IMG/VR virus record: IMGVR_UViG_3300020045_011163
Span: 1 to 40,768 of that record
Origin: a virus
Lineage: Duplodnaviria > Caudoviricetes
Direction: 5' to 3' (one strand)
DNA length: 40,768 nucleotides
Shown here: one piece after another, positions 25,623 to 35,303 of the stretch
Position numbering within the stretch: the stretch's first letter is position 1
Layout of the letters: each line of letters starts with the position of its first letter
Translations under genes and position numbers: made by a program
Notes under the pieces: model-generated
Database searches by the model: none
Seen by the model: only the letters and a program-made list of their open reading frames with translations
What the model was told of the DNA's origin: nothing

Positions 25623-27725
25623 ATGAGCTTAACAGCACCGTTATCACAGGAGACAGGACTGGTTGGTCGCATTGTGACCTCCAATGTCACAGAATCAAGC
25701 CTTACTATTTATGCGACTTTCGAGGATAAAAAGACGGGGGCCGCTCGGACTCCTCAGTCCACTACTAAATTATTTACGCTGTCCAAGGATCTGGATACTT
25801 TCGAGATGATTCTGGCGGATTCACATTCTACAGCCAGCGGAATCACTACTATTATTGTTAACGCCAGCGGACGCAGCTTGAACAAGTACGGCGGATTAAG
25901 TGGATCAGCTACAGGCAATCGCCATCCAATTAATTACGAGATCGGCTGTGCTGATACTCATCTACCTCTTGAGATTATCAACGAGATCATACGTGGCAAC
26001 GAGGGAACCTCCGCCAATTCGTTTAGAATAGGGGCGGAAACTGACTCCAATATCAGAATTTATGCTCAAAATGCCGACGCAAGTAAGCCATACATTGAAT
26101 ATAACGCAACTTCCAATAAGTGGCTGATTAGCAATGACGGCTCAAACACTTTTGACCCAGAGGCGGGCGGGTCTGGAGTTACTGGCGGCGACGGGGTCAA
26201 TATCTCAGGTGGTACGATTAGTATTGATCTAACTGATACTACAAAATTTGTCCTTACTTCAAGCGGCGCGGGAGATTCAGGAAAAGCCGTTATCCTCAAC
26301 GCTAGCGGGCGGTTCAACGACGGGTTTGTGTCCAGTACTGTTAGTTTTTCGACTGTGACCACAACCACTACGGAGCTAAACAGACTTGCGGGAATTTCAG
26401 CGAACGTGACGGCAGCTAATCTCAACACCTTAACCGCAGGGGCGGCGAGCAATGCTGATGCGCTACACGTGCATTCTAACGCGGCAGTTTCTTTTTATGC
26501 GGCGGAGGCTATCACAGCGGATCAGGCGGTTGCGGCTCTACCGATTCAGGTGGAGTTTGTGGCACAGCTTACGGATGCAAACCTTGCTATTGGAGATTCA
26601 AATATTCGCCGCAAGCATTCAGTGAAATTTATTCCTTCGGTGACCACTTCGACGCTAACTACAATGATTTTTAGAGCGGCAGAGGCCGTCAACGGCGCTA
26701 CTACTCTTGGCGACTTGACCATATCCATCCAGACAGACAGTGCGGGTGCGCCGTCTGGTACGGCCGTTTCTAATGGAACGGCGAACGTGATCACTCAGGT
26801 CACTCAGCGGACGTGGAACACCACTCAAGCCAATAGGACTGCGACTTGGGCCGCCTCGCCGACGCTCACCGCTGGCACTACTTATCATTTAGTGTTCGAG
26901 GTTGCGGCGACTGATGCTGCTAATTACTTGAATATTTCGGTCAACAGTTCTCATGATGAGAATTACATTACTTTCACTAGACAGACTTACAATCTTGATA
27001 CCGCTTCTTGGGGCGGGTCAGTTACGAACGCTACGCCGTACTTTTGGTTTAACGCTCAGCCAACTCTGTTAGGATTGGCGCTTGTACCTACTGATGCAAG
27101 CTGGGGAGGTAGAACGTGGAATTTTGTCGGATTTGCTAAGGCGAACATTTCGGCAGGCGCAGCCGGGGATATTTACGTAGATTTAGTTCCTGATTTATCA
27201 GGACTGGAGGCTCAGGGAATGAAGCCGTATTATCTGTCTGAGACAGTGGGTGCGATTACGTTAACTCCTCCGAGCACCTTGGCTACTGGAGCGACAGAGG
27301 CGGCGTCATTCATGTACAAGGTGGGCTATGCTAGATCTAGCACCGTCTTGAAAATTCAGCCAGGGGCGAAGCGCGTCTGTATTAACGAATTAGCGACACC
27401 GTTGACAGCAACTACGGCTCGGAATTATGTCACTTGGTTCCAGCCGGAGTTTGTGCGGGTGTCAGGCGCTCATATTGGCGGGAATAATTCCACTTATTCG
27501 CAGGGGTACGTGCTTGGTACAGTGCAATCGGCGGTAGCAATGACTTACGCGAACGCTGGAGCTGGAGCGCTGAATGGATCGGCGACGCAATCCATGGCCG
27601 ACGATAGCACTGCTAATAATGACTTCGTGGGAGTAGCGTCAGCCCTGACCTCCTTTGGCTTCACTTATACTTTTACCGAAGCGGGGACAAGTACGATGGC
27701 AGCATTTCTAGAAGTAACCCAATAA
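25623..27725 (+). CDS. Tail fibre/spike protein
   Basis: T/A/S/G-rich; ADALHVH motif; A.EAITA...VGFA...YYLS...GAI domain. Confidence 0.7.
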   Translation: MSLTAPLSQETGLVGRIVTSNVTESSLTIYATFEDKKTGAARTPQSTTKLFTLSKDLDTFEMILADSHSTASGITTIIVNASGRSLNKYGGLSGSATGNRHPINYEIGCADTHLPLEIINEIIRGNEGTSANSFRIGAETDSNIRIYAQNADASKPYIEYNATSNKWLISNDGSNTFDPEAGGSGVTGGDGVNISGGTISIDLTDTTKFVLTSSGAGDSGKAVILNASGRFNDGFVSSTVSFSTVTTTTTELNRLAGISANVTAANLNTLTAGAASNADALHVHSNAAVSFYAAEAITADQAVAALPIQVEFVAQLTDANLAIGDSNIRRKHSVKFIPSVTTSTLTTMIFRAAEAVNGATTLGDLTISIQTDSAGAPSGTAVSNGTANVITQVTQRTWNTTQANRTATWAASPTLTAGTTYHLVFEVAATDAANYLNISVNSSHDENYITFTRQTYNLDTASWGGSVTNATPYFWFNAQPTLLGLALVPTDASWGGRTWNFVGFAKANISAGAAGDIYVDLVPDLSGLEAQGMKPYYLSETVGAITLTPPSTLATGATEAASFMYKVGYARSSTVLKIQPGAKRVCINELATPLTATTARNYVTWFQPEFVRVSGAHIGGNNSTYSQGYVLGTVQSAVAMTYANAGAGALNGSATQSMADDSTANNDFVGVASALTSFGFTYTFTEAGTSTMAAFLEVTQ

Positions 27726-27729
27726 ATTC

Positions 27730-30700
27730 ATGGCCTCAACAGCAACAAACAGGAATAATGCTACTGCGCAACAAAAAGCCACTGAAGCAAAAACCGCTGA
27801 AAAGCGGAAAGTTCAGGCTGAAAAGGTGGCTATGTCTAAGGTCTCCACTGGCATGAAGCCGAATGCTAATTTTAAAATGAGTAAAGCTCAGGAAAAAGCG
27901 GCCATTCCCGCTACTTTCGGCAAGGGCGAAGTGCGGACGAACAAGCAAGGTGAACAGTATATTTTCGATCCTATTACCAAAAAATCTTTTACGGCAGACA
28001 GCGCCAAGGGTGCGTTCCTGAGGGGTCAAGATCCTTCTCAGGCGGATAAGGTAGTCGGCAGTGACCGTGATTACACTAATGCCTTTGCTCAGGCTACAGG
28101 TGGACAAACTAAGGGCGAAAAGGTCTCTGATTTTCAGAAACCAAATGTTCTTAGTGCAGAGGGGGCAGCCTCCAAGGCTGCGGATCAGGCTGGAAAAGTA
28201 GAGGCTCCTCCAGCAAAGCGAAGCTTGGTAGAGATGGCTGACGCAATAAAAGCTATTCAGGAATCGCCCGATAAAAGTTTAGTTGAGAAAGCTGATGAGA
28301 TAAAAGCTATTAGGGAGGGCGGACAGCCCTTGGCACAAGAGCCTGCTGCTACAGTTCCTGGTCAAGAGCCACAAGCGCAAGCCGAAGAACCCCCAGCAGG
28401 GCCAGACGGCACGCCGTTACCGAAAGTTTCGGCGGGGGTTCCTTTTGATCATGAAAAATATGCGAAGCTTGAAGAAATGGCGAAAGAGGCGGTAATCGGC
28501 GGTCTTCCTCAGAAGGAAGCAGACTTTGCCCTAGAGGGAGCGGCCAAGCGGGATGTTCCTATGGAGGAAATCGAAAAGTTTTTTACAAATAAAATGGCCA
28601 AGGCCCCGGAGGATATGGCCGCTAGCGATATCGCAGGGGACACCCCCGAAACAGCGGGGACAAGTTTTGAGACTTCCGCGCCTACTGATACTTCTAATAT
28701 GGGGTTTGTTGCCCCGCCTAGCGAAAAGTACCTAGAGCCAGCGGAGGAAATGGGCCTAGCTCTCGATAGTGTGACGGCGATGGATGCGAACGCAATGACT
28801 TCTACTTTTGAAAAGATGGGGCTAGATCCGGGGACGATGACTTCAGCGGAGATGCTGGCACAGTGGGAGTTTGACACAAAAATGTCACTGGTTAATGATG
28901 ACAAATACGGGAATTATTTAAACAGATTAACCGAGCAAGCGCTCTCTGGATTTGATGAGGCACAGCGCGCGTATCAGGACGATATAGGACAGATCGACAA
29001 AGCGATTAGTGATCCTGAATTTATCCCTACCAGTGCAGTAGGGCTTTCGGCAAAGGTCTATGCTCAGTCAAAAGAAATGCAGTTCGAGAATATCGAGGAC
29101 GAAAAAGAGTATCAGCAAAAACAATTCGATCAGTGGCACGCTGAGGAGGTAGACAAACGAGGACGGCTTGAAGGTTACCTCAAGGCGAAGCTCTACGTCG
29201 CCGGGTCTCAGGACTCTATAGCGGGCCTGACTTCAATGGCCTTGGTGGTCAATGCCGCCGATATGCGGATGCAAATGGCGGAGGTTGATCATACCTATGC
29301 AATGTCCGGCTTGAACAAGCAGGCACGCGAGGTGATGATGAATTTTACAAATCAGGTAGTTGAGCTGGGAATGCAAGCGGAATCGAACAAGAGCGCGGCG
29401 ATGTCAGCGAGTCAGGATAAGCTTGCGGAAATTGAAAAGCTATCAATCGAAAATGACAAAGAAAAAGACAAGCTCAGGCTGGAGACTATCGCTACTTTTA
29501 CCACAAAACTAGAAAAAATTGATGAGAATAAACGAGCTGATGAAAAATGGGCCTATGAGCAGGAGTATAAAAAGATCCGTGATGCTTCCGAGGATGCTTA
29601 TAGATTATCTGGACTAACTGGCAATGTATTTTATGCTGATCCTACAACTGGCGAGGTGGTCGATACTGGGGTGCAGACTTTTAATGCTAAGCAGTGGGAA
29701 GCAAATTACATGATGGATCAGGCGAAATTTGACCACTTGGTCAATCAGGATTCTTGGAATCGTGGCATGGATGAGGCCCGGATGAGTCTGGATGAAGCGA
29801 AGATGGCGGCGGATCAGTCCAATAGTTTGTGGACTCAGGCCATGAAGGGAATTGAAACCTACGGCTCAGAATTTGCGCCGTACGCTGAGCAGATGGCGGG
29901 AATGCCGCCGGGATCACTTACTGGGCTAAAGACTATGGAGGAACAAAAATTAGCTTTGGATAATCAGTTTAACGCCACGTTCTGGGGTGGCGAGATGTCG
30001 CAGGATATTTTCGGGATGGCAGCGATGGGATCAGCGGCTGGGCTGGTTGATGGTTCGGCTATTTCGGGGATGTTTCCTGATGGGGCTAAGGGCGGACAGT
30101 GCGGGACGTTTATTCGGACTAAGTTTTTTACAGTTGGTTCAATGGGAGATACCTTGGCGTCGAAGATCAAGACTATGGACAACGTTATGGGCGGAAAAAA
30201 ACTTGCGGAAATGGGTGGAGTCAATGCTCTTCGAGTCGGCGACATGGTGATTCAGGACGTGGGTACTGCTTATGGGCATGTGGCGATGATCAACGCAATT
30301 AATTCTGATGGGACGGTTACTTTTACGGAATCGAACTGGAAGGGAGACGAAAAAGTGAACAATAATAGAACTATTGACCCCTTAAAGGGTAATATCGTCG
30401 CTATCCACCGAGGTGACTTAAAGCCCGAAGTTGAGGCGCAGTTGAAGAAGTTTAGCGCAATACAGGAGGGGGCTAAAAAGTACGGAGACGCCGCCACTGA
30501 TAAAACTTTAGGAAAATTTGTGACAATGGGTAGTGCGTATCTTGCCAATTTATTCGATGCAAAGATTAATTCTGTCAGCAATCCTTTGCTTGACACCAAG
30601 GTTAGCAAGCAGATTACAGATTTTACGCAAAATCTACCGCCCGCAGTTATTGCGTCTTTTGAAGAAAGGGCAGCAGGAGGAAAAGGGATGCAGTTTGCAA

Positions 30701-31302
30701 ATGAGAAACACCAAGAGGTGTACGACGGAAAATATTACGCTTACATGGCCGGAAGGCCGCAGGGTCAAGTGCAGTCCTTGGAAAAAACTGATCCGGCGGA
30801 ATATAACAAGCTATCAAGGACGATGAAAAAAGATACTTCTTACCAAGCGCTTGATACTCAGCAATCATTCAGGCAGCAGCTAATCGCCTATCGCGACGTG
30901 GTGGAAAGGGCAGGGGGAAGGCAAGTAATGGGAGCAAAGGCGACTGAGGCCGCCAGCTCGTACAACAATTTATTAATCACATGGAAAAAAATGGCAGGAT
31001 TGGGTGTGCTCAGTGGAGCTGATTTGGAGTTAGCATGGAACGCTATTCCTAACATTACTAAAAGAGGCCCTGTCGAGAACTTGCTGAAGGGCGGAAAAGG
31101 GTCTGTTTTGAGCGCACTGGATAATTTAATAAGCGTAAGCGGGCAAGAGTCCATGCTTCAGTACGGATCGTTGCAGTCGTTTTATCCAGAATTAGAAGGC
31201 AGCGAGGCTTTAAACGAGGCTTACAGAATGGCCACCATCGGCTATACTCCACCAGAGGGTGCGACGGAGTACGATCTACTAGAAGAAATTGATAACCTAT
31301 AA
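27730..31302 (+). CDS. Large ejection/internal virion protein with a CHAP peptidoglycan hydrolase domain (about 30085-30415)
   Basis: Coiled coils; GQCGTF...GD..I...YGHVA...ESNW catalytic Cys/His pattern; LGVLSGADL. Confidence 0.8.
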   Translation: MASTATNRNNATAQQKATEAKTAEKRKVQAEKVAMSKVSTGMKPNANFKMSKAQEKAAIPATFGKGEVRTNKQGEQYIFDPITKKSFTADSAKGAFLRGQDPSQADKVVGSDRDYTNAFAQATGGQTKGEKVSDFQKPNVLSAEGAASKAADQAGKVEAPPAKRSLVEMADAIKAIQESPDKSLVEKADEIKAIREGGQPLAQEPAATVPGQEPQAQAEEPPAGPDGTPLPKVSAGVPFDHEKYAKLEEMAKEAVIGGLPQKEADFALEGAAKRDVPMEEIEKFFTNKMAKAPEDMAASDIAGDTPETAGTSFETSAPTDTSNMGFVAPPSEKYLEPAEEMGLALDSVTAMDANAMTSTFEKMGLDPGTMTSAEMLAQWEFDTKMSLVNDDKYGNYLNRLTEQALSGFDEAQRAYQDDIGQIDKAISDPEFIPTSAVGLSAKVYAQSKEMQFENIEDEKEYQQKQFDQWHAEEVDKRGRLEGYLKAKLYVAGSQDSIAGLTSMALVVNAADMRMQMAEVDHTYAMSGLNKQAREVMMNFTNQVVELGMQAESNKSAAMSASQDKLAEIEKLSIENDKEKDKLRLETIATFTTKLEKIDENKRADEKWAYEQEYKKIRDASEDAYRLSGLTGNVFYADPTTGEVVDTGVQTFNAKQWEANYMMDQAKFDHLVNQDSWNRGMDEARMSLDEAKMAADQSNSLWTQAMKGIETYGSEFAPYAEQMAGMPPGSLTGLKTMEEQKLALDNQFNATFWGGEMSQDIFGMAAMGSAAGLVDGSAISGMFPDGAKGGQCGTFIRTKFFTVGSMGDTLASKIKTMDNVMGGKKLAEMGGVNALRVGDMVIQDVGTAYGHVAMINAINSDGTVTFTESNWKGDEKVNNNRTIDPLKGNIVAIHRGDLKPEVEAQLKKFSAIQEGAKKYGDAATDKTLGKFVTMGSAYLANLFDAKINSVSNPLLDTKVSKQITDFTQNLPPAVIASFEERAAGGKGMQFANEKHQEVYDGKYYAYMAGRPQGQVQSLEKTDPAEYNKLSRTMKKDTSYQALDTQQSFRQQLIAYRDVVERAGGRQVMGAKATEAASSYNNLLITWKKMAGLGVLSGADLELAWNAIPNITKRGPVENLLKGGKGSVLSALDNLISVSGQESMLQYGSLQSFYPELEGSEALNEAYRMATIGYTPPEGATEYDLLEEIDNL

Positions 31303-31307
31303 TAACT

Positions 31308-33311
31308 ATGGCTACAAGTTTAACAGTCGACGAGCGAGCAAAAGCAATGCAGATGAAAAAGATGGGACTGACTAGCGAGGAGATTTTGCAAAAATTGCGT
31401 TCTCCGCAAAAGGCAGCGCCAGCTAAAAAATTCAGTACAGTAATGGAGGAAGAAGAGGGGCCGGGATTTTTCGATAGAGTAGCGACGGGATTCAAGGAAG
31501 GGGTGGATCGATCCAGGGAATCCAGCGAACAAAAAAAGCAGGATCAGTATAATCAATTAGCGAAGATCGATAAGATGAGCGATCCCAGACAGAAGGCAGA
31601 GGCGTTTATGGCACATCTTCGAGAAAAATCTAGCTTTAGCAGTAGGGCGGAAGATTTATCTATTGGCGTTCAAAAAGCTTTTCTGCCTATCAGCGGTGCG
31701 GTAGAAGGGGCCGTTGAGCCACTGACGGAAGCTGTAGCTAGTGGGGCCTCAAGCGCTGAGCAGTTTATGGAATGGGCCACTGAAGGCCCTACAAAGGGGC
31801 TACGGTATTTAATCGGGAAGAAAAACCTAGAGTCGATTAATTCCAAGGTCGACAGCAAGCTGCAAGCGATAGCAAGTGATGTTTCAGCGATGGATCCAAA
31901 ATTTAAAAGGCAATTAGGTAACTATTTCAAGGCCGCCGAAGGGCTGAGCGTCCTTCCGGTAGGAGCTGGCGCGAAGGCTGGTGTCCAAGCGGGCGCAAAA
32001 AGCATTAAGGGCGCAACGAAGACAGTTTTTCAACAAGCGGGAAAAGTTGATGCAAAGGGCATGGCCCAATTTTTAGGCAATGGGCTTTTGAGTCAAGCGA
32101 AGAGTGGCCAGCTTATGCTAAATAAGGCGGGAGAGGCTGTTTTTAGGCCGCTCAAGAAGGGGGCTGAGATGGCGGGGCCGTTGGCTTCGGGAGCAAAAGG
32201 TTTTGGCCAAGACATGATTAGGCACGGCACAACAACTCTTACTAAATTAAATCCTGAAACACTAGATACTCTAAAGGAAATCCCTATCTTGTACAGAATG
32301 GCTAAGCGAGGCGACATAACAAGGGAGTCCGCCGGAGAGAAGGTTGCGAAGGGCGTTTCTCAGAGGCTAGAGGATTTAAGTTTCACAGGCAAAGGTTACG
32401 ATAAATTTCGTGAGTCGCCCGGGGACATAGTGATGTCTAAGCCTCTTGCTGATATTGACCAGATTTTGAGCAAAAATGGATTAGTGCGAGGGCCTGAAGG
32501 ATGGACAGCAGCTGAGAAGTTGAGTACTAAACTGACTGGCAAGGATATAGATACCATTAATGAGGCGGTTAACCTTCTTGACGGTAGAGATGTTTTGTCA
32601 AAAAACGAATACTTGAATTTTCGGAAACAGATTGACCACATGATAGGATGGGACTCTGCGGCTTCAAGTGACGGCAAAGGTCTAGTAAAACTGCTAAGGG
32701 GCGCAGTTAATGAAAAGGCTCACTTTGATTATCCAGAATTAAAGGCTCTTGACAATAAGTTTTCAGTTGAGAAAAAGTATTTAAATCAAATTAAGCGGGA
32801 CTTTTTTGATAAAGATTACAACCTTACTGATCAAGCAGAGGGGAAGATCTACAGCTTGCTCACCCCAAATAATCGGAAAAAACTGGAGCGAGTCGAAAAG
32901 CTTGTACCTGGAATTACTAAGGATCTCAGGGCGATCAGGGCGCTTGCTGACGTAGAGTTTGCCAAGGGACATAAGGTAGGAGCTTACACGGCCAGCTTAC
33001 TTACAGCAGGCGCCGGGGCGGTTCTTATGGGAGCAGGGGCGGGCGTAATACTGCCCACGCTGGCTCTTGCCGTTATTTCCTCACCATATGTAGCAGTTCC
33101 CTTAATAGTAAAGTATGCTCTTAATAAACCACATTTACGTCACTCTATGCAAAATATAGTCACAAAAATTAAGCAGGGAGTCAGATTGACTCCCACAGAA
33201 TCCAAGTCGGTATCTGAGATTATTCAGGAAGAATCAACAAAGATTCAAATGGCCTCGAAGAAAAAGCGGCTACAGTTAATGGATGAGATGGATACAGCCT
33301 TACCCGCGTAA
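31308..33311 (+). CDS. Ejection / DNA-transfer protein
   Basis: 667 aa, helical, G/A-rich hydrophobic segment near the C-terminus; follows the other ejection gene. Confidence 0.6.
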   Translation: MATSLTVDERAKAMQMKKMGLTSEEILQKLRSPQKAAPAKKFSTVMEEEEGPGFFDRVATGFKEGVDRSRESSEQKKQDQYNQLAKIDKMSDPRQKAEAFMAHLREKSSFSSRAEDLSIGVQKAFLPISGAVEGAVEPLTEAVASGASSAEQFMEWATEGPTKGLRYLIGKKNLESINSKVDSKLQAIASDVSAMDPKFKRQLGNYFKAAEGLSVLPVGAGAKAGVQAGAKSIKGATKTVFQQAGKVDAKGMAQFLGNGLLSQAKSGQLMLNKAGEAVFRPLKKGAEMAGPLASGAKGFGQDMIRHGTTTLTKLNPETLDTLKEIPILYRMAKRGDITRESAGEKVAKGVSQRLEDLSFTGKGYDKFRESPGDIVMSKPLADIDQILSKNGLVRGPEGWTAAEKLSTKLTGKDIDTINEAVNLLDGRDVLSKNEYLNFRKQIDHMIGWDSAASSDGKGLVKLLRGAVNEKAHFDYPELKALDNKFSVEKKYLNQIKRDFFDKDYNLTDQAEGKIYSLLTPNNRKKLERVEKLVPGITKDLRAIRALADVEFAKGHKVGAYTASLLTAGAGAVLMGAGAGVILPTLALAVISSPYVAVPLIVKYALNKPHLRHSMQNIVTKIKQGVRLTPTESKSVSEIIQEESTKIQMASKKKRLQLMDEMDTALPA

Positions 33312-33494
33312 AAATAGGCCAATTTGCCAGCCTACCCAAAACAAAACCAGGACAGTAATGATGTGCCACACGGCCCCTGCTCTGTCCCTGCTTTTGATTT
33401 CTTCCCATTCTTTTTTGCGGGCCTCTCCTTCTTCGCCCGAATAGTACTCGGCTGTTCGCCGATTGTATTCTTCTTCTGTAATATCAGTCATCAT
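33300..33494 (-). CDS. 64-aa single-pass membrane protein
   Basis: MMTDITEEE...AVWHIITVLVLFWVGWQIGLFLRG; own promoter; start shortened relative to the track. Confidence 0.7.
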   Translation of the reverse strand: MMTDITEEEYNRRTAEYYSGEEGEARKKEWEEIKSRDRAGAVWHIITVLVLFWVGWQIGLFLRG

Positions 33495-33521
33495 AAAATG
33501 ATTTAAAATTGTTAGTACAGT

Positions 33522-33550
33522 AATGTAGCATGCGGCCCCACAATTGTCAA
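33522..33550 (-). promoter_or_regulatory. Leftward promoter
   Basis: TTGACA-17 bp-TACATT with extended TG. Confidence 0.7.
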
Positions 33551-33556
33551 TAGCTT

Positions 33557-33627
33557 GACCCGTTCGCGACCCGTTTGCGACCCGTTTGCGACCCGTTTGC
33601 GACCCGTTTGCGACCCGCTCTTGACCC
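33557..33627. repeat. 11-bp tandem repeat GACCCGTTTGC (4 perfect, 2 degenerate, 1 partial)
   Basis: Directly visible; intergenic between divergent promoters. Confidence 0.95.
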
Positions 33628-33650
33628 CCTCCCCAAACCAAGAGTAAAAT
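33621..33650 (+). promoter_or_regulatory. Candidate endolysin promoter
   Basis: TTGACC-18 bp-TAAAAT. Confidence 0.45.
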
Positions 33651-33674
33651 ACAAAAAAATAGTAACCTCATACT

Positions 33675-34286
33675 ATGATACTTCCATTCGATTATACTCA
33701 CATTGGCTATAATTTCGGTGATAAAGTTCCGGGACTTAAAATACATACTGGCGCAGATTTGAACTGGGGGGCGTCGGCTGGTGCTGATTTAGGGCGTCCG
33801 GTTAAGGCTATTGCCTATGGCGTAGTGGTTTATTCAAGGGAAGCGGGAGCTGGCTGGGGGAATATGATGGTGGTCTGGCATAAAGCTTACGGGATCTGGA
33901 GTCGATACGCCCATTTAGATAAGAGATGGTACGATGAAGGACAAGTCGTCAAGGAAGGGCAGGAAATCGGAGCTTGCGGAAAAACAGGGACTACAAGCCC
34001 GCACTTGCACTTTGATATAATCAGGAAAGAATTGCCAAAATGGACGAATTACACGTATAAATGGAGTGAGGCGAAGCTCAGGGAGTATTACCTTGACCCT
34101 CTAAAGTATATCGAAGGCATAAAAAAAGCAGAAATGAGTAATCAACCACAAAAAACGCTTAGGCCCGCTGTAGACTGGGCAATTGAGAGCAAGATCACCA
34201 ACGGAGACAGGCCGCAAGATCCCGCTACTAGAGAGGAGATCATGCAGATGCTGTTAAATTATCATAATCGATTTTATAAAAAATAA
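33675..34286 (+). CDS. Endolysin: M23 peptidase with a C-terminal SLH-like domain
   Basis: HTGAD, YAHL, PHLHF; AVDWA...ITNG.RP.DPATREE. Confidence 0.88.
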   Translation: MILPFDYTHIGYNFGDKVPGLKIHTGADLNWGASAGADLGRPVKAIAYGVVVYSREAGAGWGNMMVVWHKAYGIWSRYAHLDKRWYDEGQVVKEGQEIGACGKTGTTSPHLHFDIIRKELPKWTNYTYKWSEAKLREYYLDPLKYIEGIKKAEMSNQPQKTLRPAVDWAIESKITNGDRPQDPATREEIMQMLLNYHNRFYKK

Positions 34287-34289
34287 CAG

Positions 34290-34385
34290 ATGATAATCAT
34301 TTCCGTCCTAATCGTCAGCCAAATCCTAAGCACATTCTTTCTAGGCGCAATTGCCTACATAATGTGGAAGGACGAATTTAAATAA
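34290..34385 (+). CDS. 31-aa membrane peptide
   Basis: Manual translation MIIISVLIVSQILSTFFLGAIAYIMWKDEFK. Confidence 0.5.
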   Translation: MIIISVLIVSQILSTFFLGAIAYIMWKDEFK

Positions 34386-34393
34386 AAATTCTC

Positions 34394-34663
34394 ATGGAAA
34401 AGCCAGCTTACTCGCCCGAGCAGGTAAGAGAATCCGCCCTAGAGCGGATGCGGCTCGAAATCCACAACCGGATCATTCAGTACCTGACCTTGACCAAGAA
34501 AATCGAAAACAAAGAAGAATACCGGAACGAGGTGCTGGAGATCGTGGAGATGGTTTTAGCGGGATCGTTGAGAGCGAGGGAAGTTGACTGGCGGGAGCTG
34601 AAGGAGGAGGCTAAGGCCCTCACTACAGGGGAGATGGTGGATATGGATACTATCGATGAGTGA
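34394..34663 (+). CDS. Hypothetical protein
   Basis: 89-aa helical ORF. Confidence 0.65.
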   Translation: MEKPAYSPEQVRESALERMRLEIHNRIIQYLTLTKKIENKEEYRNEVLEIVEMVLAGSLRAREVDWRELKEEAKALTTGEMVDMDTIDE

Positions 34664-34681
34664 TATTTTTTAAAAAATCCT

Positions 34682-35005
34682 ATGGAAAAAATATCAATAC
34701 GGCCGCATGAAGCAGTGGCAATTGTAGCGATTCTGGCATGGGCAGGGGCGAACCTGTATCCAATTATCTTCCCGTACCGGACGGATGCGGTGGTCACGGC
34801 TGGCGACAGGGTAGCAGTCTATGACGGTAACATTGTGAGGGACTGCATTGCAATGCGTGAGCCGTTTGTGATTAACGATGGCATCGGCTATCGGGAGTAC
34901 ATACGTGTCGATTGTGGCGGCATATTCTTCAACGAGGCGATTTTGACAAAGTATGTGAGTATGTACAGGGGGGATACTGGAGACCTTCGAGATCCCCGAA
35001 AGTAA
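34682..35005 (+). CDS. Membrane-anchored or exported hypothetical protein
   Basis: N-terminal hydrophobic segment; Cys pair. Confidence 0.65.
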   Translation: MEKISIRPHEAVAIVAILAWAGANLYPIIFPYRTDAVVTAGDRVAVYDGNIVRDCIAMREPFVINDGIGYREYIRVDCGGIFFNEAILTKYVSMYRGDTGDLRDPRK

Positions 35006-35025
35006 AAAAAGATGTTGCTAAAAAA

Positions 35026-35103
35026 TTGTAACCCATTGAGAATGCAGATATAATTTTCGCAAATTAGCATCCATTGAGCCGTGGCCGAAGACGCGGCTTT
35101 TTG
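35026..35103 (+). ncRNA. Promoter-terminator mini-unit (about 45-nt small RNA)
   Basis: TTGTAA-17-TATAAT (35026-35054), then stem AGCCGTG/CGCGGCT plus T-run; no ORF between them. Confidence 0.5.
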
Positions 35104-35129
35104 GTTTTTGAAAAATGTAGTACTATTTT

Positions 35130-35190
35130 AGTGCTAGGGTGGTTCTAGTAAATCTGGAGACGATTACTTATTAAAGTGGTCGTCTTCTTG
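35130..35190 (+). ncRNA. Candidate two-hairpin RNA
   Basis: TGCTAG/CTAGTA hairpin and 14-bp stem 35156-35169/35174-35187 with 3 G-U pairs. Confidence 0.4.
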
Positions 35191-35303
35191 CAACCGTGAT
35201 CTTGCCGTTTAGTCTCCCCCTGTTTTTTTGTTTACATCTTTTCACAAAAGTATACAAACTTGCGTTTTGGTTTACTTTCTAAAAGTCGTGTATACTGACC
35301 TCA

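Noticed and set aside
17612-27725. Diversity-generating retroelement acting on fibre genes
   Set aside because: No reverse transcriptase and no template/variable repeat pair seen by eye
11796-33506. Many short antisense or off-frame ORFs inside structural genes
   Set aside because: Shadows of long, well-supported genes with no motifs or leaders
33557-33627. CRISPR or mini-CRISPR array (also considered for 159-455, 5190-5328 and 35392-35421)
   Set aside because: Units are contiguous, 6-12 bp long, with no unique spacers, and there are no cas genes
33495-33746. N-terminal extension of the 148-aa minus-strand ORF
   Set aside because: Runs through the promoter and 11-bp array and overlaps the endolysin start; the promoter position supports a start at 33494
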